Shown here: in pieces, positions 17,450 through 25,450 of the stretch | How positions within the stretch are numbered: position 1 is the first letter of the stretch | How the letters are laid out: each line of letters opens with the position of its first letter | Virus record (IMG/VR): IMGVR_UViG_3300022917_000003 | Span: 1 to 45,771 of that record | Length of the DNA stretch: 45,771 nt | Reading direction: 5' to 3' (one strand) | Source: a virus | Taxonomy: Duplodnaviria; Caudoviricetes | Notes under the pieces: model-generated | What the model was told of the DNA's origin: nothing | Database searches by the model: none | What the model saw: only the letters and a program-made list of their open reading frames with translations | Program-made: the position numbers and the translations under genes

Positions 17450-18508
17450 ATGTCCAGTACGAAAGACCTACCCGCCAGTGTAACCGCCTCCACCCTTGAA
17501 CAGCTTTTCCGAGGGAAAACGGAAGGGGTTGATAAGACTTCCATTTTTCCGATTGACCCGGAGCTTGTCGAATTCGAGCCAAACTTCAATCTTCGGGATT
17601 ACGAGAACGACGATATTACCAAAGCCCACGCGGAACGGATGTACCTCGCAATGAAGGAAGGTGCGTCATTCCCTCCGATTGATGTGCGGGTGTCGGCAGG
17701 CAAAGTGATTTGCGTGGAAGGCCACGGGCGAGTGATCGCAGCCAAGCGGCTACGGGAGGAAGTCCCCAGCTACCGTTTGCAGGCTCGCCAGTTCAACGGG
17801 AACGAACAAGAGCGTGTCCTGCACATGCTTGGAACCGGCAGCGGGCAAAAGCCTCTTACCCCTCTTGAGCAGGGATTGGGCTTCCTCCGGCTTAAGCGTT
17901 ACGGGATGACAGACCAACAGATTGCCCAGAAACTAGGCATTTCGACCGTCACCGTTGCCAATAATCTCATCTTGGCGGATGCCCCGGTTGATTTGCAAAA
18001 CCTCATCCGTTCGGGCGACGTGGCGAGCACTACAGTACGAGACGCGATGAAGCAAGGCGAGGCTGGCGTTAACGCGCTCTTGGACGCTGCTACATCCCCG
18101 CAACCGGCTGCCACAAACAAAGATGGCAAGAAGTCCAAGAAAAAGACTGTGACAGCCAAGACGCTCAAGGGCACGGCAGCGGACAAGAAAGCCAAGCCGA
18201 AAAAGCCTGAGAAGAAAAAGACGGTAAAGAATTGGAACAAGATGACGGGGAACAGCGTGGCAATCCCGGAAAAGAAGGATGCACCAATCACCTTGGCGCA
18301 GTACGAGAAGCTAATTCCTGCCGCACCTGTCAGGGATGAGTATCTTGACCTCATTACGAGCAAGCTGCCCGTCGCCGATGACGAAATTATGGTCAAGGTC
18401 AAAAAATCGGATGCGCAAGCAGTCATTGACTTCCTTCGCGCCAACGCTCCCGATGACGCGCAACCGCTGAAAGACTTTGCGGCCGCAATCGAAGTGCTCT
18501 TGATGTAA
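17450..18508 (+). CDS. ParB/Srx-like N-terminal domain + HTH protein with Lys-rich region
   Basis: EPNFNLR...PPIDV...VEGHGRV; LTPLEQG...GMTDQQIAQKLGIS. Confidence 0.8.
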   Translation: MSSTKDLPASVTASTLEQLFRGKTEGVDKTSIFPIDPELVEFEPNFNLRDYENDDITKAHAERMYLAMKEGASFPPIDVRVSAGKVICVEGHGRVIAAKRLREEVPSYRLQARQFNGNEQERVLHMLGTGSGQKPLTPLEQGLGFLRLKRYGMTDQQIAQKLGISTVTVANNLILADAPVDLQNLIRSGDVASTTVRDAMKQGEAGVNALLDAATSPQPAATNKDGKKSKKKTVTAKTLKGTAADKKAKPKKPEKKKTVKNWNKMTGNSVAIPEKKDAPITLAQYEKLIPAAPVRDEYLDLITSKLPVADDEIMVKVKKSDAQAVIDFLRANAPDDAQPLKDFAAAIEVLLM

Positions 18509-18516
18509 CCATTTAC

Positions 18517-18592
18517 GCTCCTATAGCCCAACGGCAGAGGCAACAGACTTAAAATCTGTCAAGTGTTGGTTCGAGTCCAACTAGGAGCACCA
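18517..18592 (+). tRNA. tRNA-Leu(UAA), short variable loop, encoded CCA
   Basis: Acceptor GCTCCTA/TAGGAGC, anticodon arm ACAGA-CTTAAAA-TCTGT, T arm GTTGG-TTCGAGT-CCAAC, 76 nt. Confidence 0.92.
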
Positions 18593-18616
18593 TTTTCCAA
18601 ACACAAAAAACCACAC

Positions 18617-18829
18617 ATGCCTAATCAACCATACTCCGTACAATCCAAAAAGACCGGCAAGGGTTATTTCTTGCACGGTCGCAAGGTAAACCTAAAAGGT
18701 GGTCGCGAAATGACCATTTATTTCTTCGGCAGTAAAGCCCAGGAAGACACTCTCGACGCTTTGCCCGAAGGGTACGAAGTGAGCGAAAATACCCACACAG
18801 GACTTCCCTTGCTCAAGAAAAAGAAGTAG
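18617..18829 (+). CDS. Small basic nucleic-acid-binding protein, Cc1-like
   Basis: GKGYFLH..V.LKGG..TIYFF...LPEGYEVSEN..TGLPLLKKK; start ATG 18617. Confidence 0.65.
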   Translation: MPNQPYSVQSKKTGKGYFLHGRKVNLKGGREMTIYFFGSKAQEDTLDALPEGYEVSENTHTGLPLLKKKK

Positions 18830-18887
18830 CCTAACAACCTTCTCCCCCAGAAGCAAAAACACAACAAAACCAAAATACAAAGACACT

Positions 18888-19277
18888 ATGAAACATTGGA
18901 TTATCGCGGCTGCCATTTTCGCCGCTATCGCTGAAGCAATCAACGCGGAACTGTCTCCCGATGAGGTTGGCGCGTCCACCGCCGCAACTGGTGGAGCCGC
19001 AGAAGGCGAACCGGCAAAGCGCCGTGGCCGTCCTCCGGGCAGCACCAATACACCTAAGCCAGCTGAAACGCCGGCTGCCTCCACACCCGCCGCAAGTGCG
19101 GAAACCCCTGAACAGGCTCTTGAGAAGCGTAAAGCCATCATCAAGCCGTACGTTGATGCCCAGAAAGGTGAAGAGGTCAAGAAGATCATCGCGAAGTACA
19201 GCACGACCGGGCTGAAGGACATCCCCGACGCCAAACTCGCCGAGTTCAAGAACGACCTCGCCACGCTCGACTACTAA
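18888..19277 (+). CDS. Replication-module accessory protein with AT-hook
   Basis: KRRGRPPG; C-terminal helical domain LKDIPDAKLAEF as often seen upstream of DUF2800 genes. Confidence 0.7.
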   Translation: MKHWIIAAAIFAAIAEAINAELSPDEVGASTAATGGAAEGEPAKRRGRPPGSTNTPKPAETPAASTPAASAETPEQALEKRKAIIKPYVDAQKGEEVKKIIAKYSTTGLKDIPDAKLAEFKNDLATLDY

Positions 19278-19348
19278 CCCCCCGTCTCTTCATACACAGC
19301 CTCTCGCACGTGACAGGTCCGGGGGGCTGTAATGAGGAAATAACGAAT

Positions 19349-19474
19349 ATGACTACACACGAACTATTACAATTAGCTTTCGCACTCTTCTTTGGAGGAG
19401 CAGGATTATTTCTACTGGTAGCCACACTAGGCTTATTCATTCTCATTTTGAAGCTTAATAATGACGAACTGTAA
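19349..19474 (+). CDS. Small single-TM membrane protein (41 aa)
   Basis: Read by hand: MTTHELLQLAFALFFGGAGLFLLVATLGLFILILK; stop overlaps the next ATG. Confidence 0.5.
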   Translation: MTTHELLQLAFALFFGGAGLFLLVATLGLFILILKLNNDEL

Positions 19475-20649
19475 TGGCTACTTGGAAAAAGCAACGAAGG
19501 ATTGACCTAAACCCGTCATCGGCGGATAGATGGACTACCTGCACTGCGTCTCCCAAATACATTTACGACAATTGGGATAAACTGCCTGAGCAAGATAGGA
19601 CGTTCGCCGATGAAGGTACAACCGCGCATGAGGTAGCAGCCGCCATGCTGCAAAACCGTCCAGTCAATCCTAAAGACTGCCCTGTGCCGGTCAAGCCCGA
19701 AATGAATTGGCACGCATGGGAGTACATGGAATTCGTTGAAGGACTACGCGAAGAAGGTGGAAGAATCCTGGTAGAGCAAAAGCTACCGCTCTTCTATGCC
19801 GAAGGACGGAACGCGATTGTAGACGCTGCCATTATCAATCCGAATAGTTTGCACATTGTCGATTACAAGTATGGAGAGGGAATAATTGTGGACCCCACAA
19901 ACAATTTGCAGGCGACGATTTACGCCAAGTCAGTTGTGTGGGCAGTCTTAAATTCCAGAAACGACCCAAAAGGGGTAGACGATTTCCCCATCTCGATTAC
20001 CATCTATCAGCCACGCACCCGCAACACTGAGGATGCTCCATACCATACTTGGCATACAACTTGGGGGGTTATTGCAGAGAAAGCCAAATTCATCTCTATG
20101 GTAGCAGACTCCATTAGGGAATGGTGGTCTACAGATATAAAAATTGTATTCGCCCCATCTGCCAAAGCATGCCAATGGTGCCCAGCCAAAGGGTTTTGCG
20201 AGGCTAGACCTATTGGACTCATGAAGGAAGTGAGCGACCTTTCTTTGACCGAAGAACAGCGGTTATCCGCCATCCTGACACACGGCGACCAAATCAAGAA
20301 ATGGCTGACTGACCGCGAAGCTTATGCCCTGCAACTCATGAGCCGGGGGACAGCTATCCCCGGTCACAAGCTGGCACTCTCACGCGGCGGCAATCGTTAT
20401 TGGCGTGACCCACAGCTAGCCGGTAAGCTGTTGCTCAAAGAAACCATCCTTACCCGTGACGAGGTATATGAGGAAAAGGTAATTGGCCCCGCTGCCGTTG
20501 AGAAGCTACTCGGCAAAGGGCGATTCCCCAAAGATGTTTTCAACCTCATTGCCAAAGCACCAGGACAGCCTATTATCGTTCCTGAGGATGACCCCCGCAC
20601 GAGTATGCTGATTTACGGTACCAAAGAATTCGCAGACTTAGATGCATGA
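19474..20649 (+). CDS. Cas4-like PD-(D/E)XK nuclease (DUF2800 family)
   Basis: LNPSSADRWTTC, DEGTTAHE, VDAAII..HIVDYKYGEG, QATIYA, CQWCPAKGFC. Confidence 0.85.
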   Translation: MATWKKQRRIDLNPSSADRWTTCTASPKYIYDNWDKLPEQDRTFADEGTTAHEVAAAMLQNRPVNPKDCPVPVKPEMNWHAWEYMEFVEGLREEGGRILVEQKLPLFYAEGRNAIVDAAIINPNSLHIVDYKYGEGIIVDPTNNLQATIYAKSVVWAVLNSRNDPKGVDDFPISITIYQPRTRNTEDAPYHTWHTTWGVIAEKAKFISMVADSIREWWSTDIKIVFAPSAKACQWCPAKGFCEARPIGLMKEVSDLSLTEEQRLSAILTHGDQIKKWLTDREAYALQLMSRGTAIPGHKLALSRGGNRYWRDPQLAGKLLLKETILTRDEVYEEKVIGPAAVEKLLGKGRFPKDVFNLIAKAPGQPIIVPEDDPRTSMLIYGTKEFADLDA

Positions 20650-20896
20650 CATTATGGCACTTATGGCAACTTTCATAAATCTTAAGTATGGTTTAAGTGA
20701 GCTATACACAATCCCCAGCTACACAGTAACTCAATCCCGCGACAACTTTGCCATCGCTTCAAAAGATGGAAACGAATACTTTTTCGACAAAATTGAAGGG
20801 GGTTTCCGGCTTTATCCAAAAATAAATGGCAGGATTCACACAGATAAAGCAATCACAGTTTCAGTACCAACCAAAACACCACATGTCAGACCCTAA
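20642..20896 (+). CDS. Hypothetical protein
   Basis: Overlaps both neighbours. Confidence 0.5.
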   Translation: MHDIMALMATFINLKYGLSELYTIPSYTVTQSRDNFAIASKDGNEYFFDKIEGGFRLYPKINGRIHTDKAITVSVPTKTPHVRP

Positions 20897-21527
20897 TCAA
20901 AAAGACCCCGCTATCTTCACTCTGCCGCAAGTCAGACTTTCTTTCCCCCATCTGTTCACCGCCCACGCGATGAAGGACTCGGCGGGTAAAGAACAAGAGC
21001 CGAAGTTCTCCGCAACTTTCCTGCTGGATAACACAACACATGGTCCTCTCATGGACCAGATGGACCGGGTAGCCGACCGGCTTTGCTTGGATGAATTCAA
21101 GAAACCCCGTGGCCCATGGCTCAAGTATTGCCTGCGCGACGGCAACGAAAAAAGCGATTTGGAGGGATACGGCGACGGAGTTAGCTTTATCTCTGCCAGC
21201 AACAAGGTTCGCCCTGGTGTGGTTGACCGTCGCACTAACCCGCTCACCGAACAAGACGGGGTTATCTACGCTGGTTGCTACGTCAACGCCATCATCCGCT
21301 TGTGGGTGCAAAACAACGGATGGGGCAAGCGTATCAACGCGCAGTTGCAGTGCGTCCAATTCGTGAAAGACGGGGACAGCTTCGGAGCTACCACCATTGA
21401 CCCCACAAAGGCTTTTTCCTCATTGGACGATGCCAACGAACAAGCCCAGATCGCCAGCAACAGCGGACGCAGCCGGGGCTCAGGACGGAGCAGCGCGGGA
21501 ACGCCAAGCAACTTGGATAGCTACTAG
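20883..21527 (+). CDS. ssb: Single-stranded DNA-binding protein (DUF2815/gp2.5-like)
   Basis: VRLSFPHLF, PKFSATFL, LRDG, IYAGCYVNA, VQFVKDGDSFG; start ATG 20883. Confidence 0.88.
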   Translation: MSDPNQKDPAIFTLPQVRLSFPHLFTAHAMKDSAGKEQEPKFSATFLLDNTTHGPLMDQMDRVADRLCLDEFKKPRGPWLKYCLRDGNEKSDLEGYGDGVSFISASNKVRPGVVDRRTNPLTEQDGVIYAGCYVNAIIRLWVQNNGWGKRINAQLQCVQFVKDGDSFGATTIDPTKAFSSLDDANEQAQIASNSGRSRGSGRSSAGTPSNLDSY

Positions 21528-21531
21528 TCTT

Positions 21532-21774
21532 ATGCCAAAAAAGAACGAAAAATTAAAAGACCCAATGTTACCATTGACCTGGACTGGCTGGGATGGTGAT
21601 CATGCGGAGTGTCTGATTTTGTATAATCCAGTTTTTATTGAGGACTTCGGACCAGTGAAAAAAGGTGATAGTTTTGATAGTGCTGCCTTGATTACACAAT
21701 CCGCAAAGCTGGAACTGTACAACGAGGCAGGCAACGTGTTGCATACAATACAAGTTCGGATAACCCCAAAATAG
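21532..21774 (+). CDS. Hypothetical protein
   Basis: ATG 21532, between SSB and pol. Confidence 0.55.
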   Translation: MPKKNEKLKDPMLPLTWTGWDGDHAECLILYNPVFIEDFGPVKKGDSFDSAALITQSAKLELYNEAGNVLHTIQVRITPK

Positions 21775-21780
21775 AGATTA

Positions 21781-23076
21781 ATGCCCCAACGTCTCCACAT
21801 AGACTTCGAGACATTCTCGGAGATAGACCTAAACGACGTTGGGGCATATCGCTACGCATTTGACCCTAGCACGGAAATTCTCTGTGCAGCAATGGCGATA
21901 GACGATGAGCCACCTTGTATATGGACGATGACAGGAGACTGGCAAGGTGATGTAGAACGATGCTTTGACGCACTGGAAAATCCTGAGGTACTGGTCTATG
22001 CATTCAACGCGCAATTCGAGATAGCTATTTCGAGTGCGCTAATGTGGAAAACGTGGGGTGTCAATCCGCCCCACCTTGCCCGCTGGCGTTGTGCGATGTC
22101 CATTGCCCGCCGTGCCGCATTGCCCGGGAGCCTAGAGAAGCTTGGGGACGCGTTGAACCTCACCACGGTAAAAGACAAAGTGGGGAAAGGACTTATCAAG
22201 CGATTTTGCATGATGCAGAAAGCCAAGGATGCGACGTTGAAGAAACCCGCTGTTCCGGCACATCGCATTTATCCCCAGGATGACCCCAAGGCTTTTCACG
22301 ATTTCTGCGAGTATTGCAAAACAGATGTGATCGTGGAACGGTCGGCAACCAAACTACTTTCTTACTTCGATGAGCCAATTAATAATGCCAACTACACCTT
22401 GCATGAAACGATTAACGCTCGCGGGGTTGCTGTCAATTTGGATGCGTTGCGCCACGCCCAATTGCTTATCGATGAGGAAAGTGAGCTGGTGGGGTTACGA
22501 TTTCGAAATCTGGTTGGATTTGAGTATACTCAAAATAAGGTCTTGCTAGCTTGGCTTCATTCCCAGGGCTGTCACTTGGACAATTTGCAAGCTGAGACAA
22601 TTGAGACATTTCTGGATGAACATGAAACAGAGACATGCAAAATCTGCAATGGTGCAGGCGAGATAGATGAGACTGACGGGGAACAGCCTTTTGATTATTG
22701 GGTTCCGTGTCCAAGCTGCAAAAGTCCAGCAGTGCAAGCCCTTCGCATGAAGCAATCAGTTGCTTACGTGTCAATTAAGAAGGTGCAAACGATGCTCGAT
22801 TGCGCGGGGCCGAACGATAACCGCATCCGGGGTATGCTGAATCACCACGGAGCTACTACAGGCCGTTCGACCAATAGCCTTGTGCAGTTTCAAAACATGA
22901 AGCGCCCCGCCGGCCACTTGGCGGCAGAGACGAGCAAGGGCTCAGGAATTACGTGGTCGGAAGTGGCTTACAAAGCTATTTGCGATGGCATTAGCCGTGA
23001 TGATCTTGAACTGTTCTTCGGCCCCGTGCTTGAAGTGATTAGCAGTTGCATTCGGCATTTCGTTCACGACGTATGA
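21781..23076 (+). CDS. polA: DNA polymerase family A, N-terminal part (3'-5' exonuclease, thumb, start of palm)
   Basis: LHIDFETFS, AFNAQFE, YCKTDV, GATTGRS, QFQNMKR; ends just before motif A. Confidence 0.9.
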   Translation: MPQRLHIDFETFSEIDLNDVGAYRYAFDPSTEILCAAMAIDDEPPCIWTMTGDWQGDVERCFDALENPEVLVYAFNAQFEIAISSALMWKTWGVNPPHLARWRCAMSIARRAALPGSLEKLGDALNLTTVKDKVGKGLIKRFCMMQKAKDATLKKPAVPAHRIYPQDDPKAFHDFCEYCKTDVIVERSATKLLSYFDEPINNANYTLHETINARGVAVNLDALRHAQLLIDEESELVGLRFRNLVGFEYTQNKVLLAWLHSQGCHLDNLQAETIETFLDEHETETCKICNGAGEIDETDGEQPFDYWVPCPSCKSPAVQALRMKQSVAYVSIKKVQTMLDCAGPNDNRIRGMLNHHGATTGRSTNSLVQFQNMKRPAGHLAAETSKGSGITWSEVAYKAICDGISRDDLELFFGPVLEVISSCIRHFVHDV

Positions 23077-23459
23077 GATACCCACGTAATTTTGCTTTAA
23101 TTGTACGCGGTTTGCCTCCGTTCATTCTTCGGAGGACACAACAGGAAAAGACGTGGGGTAAGTTTGTTGAACAGAAACTTACTAACGGGAAAACTTTGCT
23201 CTATCTTGTAAAAGGTAGACACAAGGTAAAGCCGTGGCTTTCTAACGAGGAGCGGGAAGAAAGAAAACAGCGTAGCCGGAAAAGAATTTATGATACACTT
23301 AAGACAAAGGGAGTTAGCGTAAAAGAAACTGAGGGGGCATCCGAAAAGCAGTTGAAGACAGCTAACTATAAAAGGATTAGACACCTAATCCGAAGCGCAC
23401 GGATTTGTAAACACGCTTCTGCAATCTGGCTTATGAAACGAAAGTCTCCTTGGCTATGA
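23073..23459 (+). CDS. Basic hypothetical protein inserted between the polymerase halves (128 aa)
   Basis: ATGA overlaps with both pol-N stop and pol-C start; K/R-rich. Confidence 0.65.
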   Translation: MRYPRNFALIVRGLPPFILRRTQQEKTWGKFVEQKLTNGKTLLYLVKGRHKVKPWLSNEEREERKQRSRKRIYDTLKTKGVSVKETEGASEKQLKTANYKRIRHLIRSARICKHASAIWLMKRKSPWL

Positions 23460-24313
23460 GTCGACCACTATTCGACGCTGATTATTCCGCCATTGAAGCT
23501 CGCATCGTTTGCTGGCTGGCGGGGCAGGAAGACGCTCTCGAGGAGTACAGGCAAGGCATTGACCGTTACAAGGTCATGGCATCGTACATTTTCGGTGTGC
23601 CTTATTCGGAAGTAAACAAGTTCCCGCAACGCTTTGTGGGGAAAGAAGCGATCTTGATGTGTGGCTTTCAAGGCGGCGGGGATAAGCTAAGGCGGTCGTG
23701 TGAGAAGAAAGGGTATAAAACATTGCCAGTCGGGCAGGAGCACACGGTTACGGAGGCTTTCAGGAAGAAGCATCCCAGGATTAAAAGCTACTGGTACGAT
23801 ACGGAATTTGCTGCACAGCAAGCCGTTCTCCACAAAGGCACTCCATTCCGCGTACGCAATAACCGCTTTGGCGATTACCCGGTCCCAATCGTCTACCAGT
23901 GCAAAGAGATTGGAGGAATGTGGTTCCTGCTCTGCAAACTCCCATCAGGGAGAGAACTGGCATACCCCAGACCACAGCTTGTGCCAAGTAGGTTTGAAGG
24001 GAAGTCGATGATTCGCTTTTTCGGCAAGATCGGTATGACGGTGAATTGGGGGAATGCTGATACGTACGGCGGAAAGCTGGTGGAGAACAACACTCAAGCG
24101 GTTGACGCGGATATAATGAATGGAGGAATGCACAATGCCGAAAACGCCGGGTACGAGGTATTGATTAACGTTCATGATCAGGTCTTGACCTACTCAAAAG
24201 AGGGACAAAGCTCAGTGGAACTGGTAGGACATCTGAAAAGAGCGCCAGCGTGGGCCGATGGCCTCCCCATCGAAGCCGAAGGGGGTGAAGTTCCTTTCTA
24301 CAAGAAAGACTAA
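23456..24313 (+). CDS. polA: DNA polymerase family A, C-terminal catalytic part
   Basis: Motif A DADYSAIEAR, motif B RFVGKEAILMCGFQGG, TYGGKLVEN..QA, motif C VHDQ. Confidence 0.9.
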   Translation: MSRPLFDADYSAIEARIVCWLAGQEDALEEYRQGIDRYKVMASYIFGVPYSEVNKFPQRFVGKEAILMCGFQGGGDKLRRSCEKKGYKTLPVGQEHTVTEAFRKKHPRIKSYWYDTEFAAQQAVLHKGTPFRVRNNRFGDYPVPIVYQCKEIGGMWFLLCKLPSGRELAYPRPQLVPSRFEGKSMIRFFGKIGMTVNWGNADTYGGKLVENNTQAVDADIMNGGMHNAENAGYEVLINVHDQVLTYSKEGQSSVELVGHLKRAPAWADGLPIEAEGGEVPFYKKD

Positions 24314-24320
24314 ATTTTCT

Positions 24321-24350
24321 CTTGTGCTTCTACGCAAGATCGTTCACCCT
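24321..24350 (+). promoter_or_regulatory. CTTG-N10-CAAG operator/promoter copy 6
   Basis: CTTGTGCTTCTACGCAAG immediately after the pol stop and upstream of the ibrB-like gene. Confidence 0.65.
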
Positions 24351-24362
24351 CTTTTTCCTTCA

Positions 24363-25031
24363 ATGACTCCCGAAATACAAAACGCACTCAACTTGATTTG
24401 CGAGGAACTAATGTTCCTGCCGCTCACGCAAAAGGTGGAGACGCTAAATCGAATCAAGCTCGCGCTGCATAAGGAAAGCCCATTCCATCTTGAACCCGTT
24501 GACTGTGTGCTATGGGTCCCACAGTCCTCTGTACGTGCGAACGATTACAACCCCAACTCAGTTGCGCCCCCGGAAATGGAGTTGCTAAAAACCTCCATTC
24601 TGCAAGACGGCTACACGCAACCTATTGTGGGTTGGCGCGTACCCGATGGAACCGAAGTAGTTGACGGGTTCCATCGTCATCGAGTTGGGAAAGAATGTCA
24701 GGAAGTGAGAGATAGGATTCAAGGCTTTTTGCCCGTGGCGTTCATCAACCCGGAGCGTGAAGACAAAGGCGACCGCATTGCCTCCACGATTCGCCACAAC
24801 CGCGCCAGGGGTAAGCACAAGGTGGAAGCAATGTCAGACATCGTGATTGAGCTAAAGCGCCGGAATTGGAGCGATGAGAAGATCGCAAAGAATCTTGGCA
24901 TGGACGCAGATGAAGTATTGAGGCTTTGTCAGATTACCGGACTCGCCGAAATGTTCGCAGACAATGATTTTTCCGAATCATGGGACCTGAATATCGTTGA
25001 GGAGCCTACAGCATTGGAGGAAGAACTGTGA
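24363..25031 (+). CDS. ibrB: IbrB-like ParB N-terminal domain protein
   Basis: ANDYNPNSVAPPEMELL..SI..DGYTQPIV, VVDGFHR, STIRHNRARGKH. Confidence 0.85.
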   Translation: MTPEIQNALNLICEELMFLPLTQKVETLNRIKLALHKESPFHLEPVDCVLWVPQSSVRANDYNPNSVAPPEMELLKTSILQDGYTQPIVGWRVPDGTEVVDGFHRHRVGKECQEVRDRIQGFLPVAFINPEREDKGDRIASTIRHNRARGKHKVEAMSDIVIELKRRNWSDEKIAKNLGMDADEVLRLCQITGLAEMFADNDFSESWDLNIVEEPTALEEEL

Positions 25032-25450
25032 AACGCATTTTCCATACTTGGGAAAAGTGGGAATGCTACCCTGCTGGCTTTTATGAGAATCAGCCTAAAG
25101 AGAACTTGTCTAAAGAGCAGTGTGAGGAGATTTATGCCAAACTCCTAAAGAACATCCCAGAATTTCGGTTGGCGCTAAAACGGGTTATCACTGAGTGGGT
25201 AAAATCATGCGAGCAATATCTATCCAATGACAAAATGAACCGCATTGCATGGCTAGGGCAAGCTTCGTTGTGCATCGCAAAAGGTATCCCAGCTAATTAC
25301 CGGAACGGGTTTAACCTCCTCTCCCCAAATGAGCAAGAACGGGCTAACCAAGCCGCCCTTGATGCGCTCAACGAATGGCTCGCACGTTACAATGAAAAGC
25401 CTGTAACGATGGAAGGCGCGGGAGTAAACGCCAAAGCTGATCTATACTAA
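25028..25450 (+). CDS. Hypothetical protein of the ibrB-ibrA cassette
   Basis: MKRIFHTWEKWECYPAGFY...NRIAWLGQAS; coupled on both sides. Confidence 0.75.
   Translation: MKRIFHTWEKWECYPAGFYENQPKENLSKEQCEEIYAKLLKNIPEFRLALKRVITEWVKSCEQYLSNDKMNRIAWLGQASLCIAKGIPANYRNGFNLLSPNEQERANQAALDALNEWLARYNEKPVTMEGAGVNAKADLY

Noticed and set aside
18517-18592. tRNA as attP or as a stop-codon suppressor
   Set aside because: Anticodon UAA reads Leu UUA, not a stop; no integrase or duplicated tRNA 3' end seen; genes read normally in the standard code
19474-20649. Cas4-like gene as part of a CRISPR system
   Set aside because: No array or other cas genes; standard DUF2800-SSB-PolA replication context
23073-23459. 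Group I intron or split intein in the polymerase
   Set aside because: The insert is fully occupied by an ORF, with no recognisable P/Q/R/S elements and no Cys/Ser start or His-Asn end intein motifs; not formally excluded without RT-PCR
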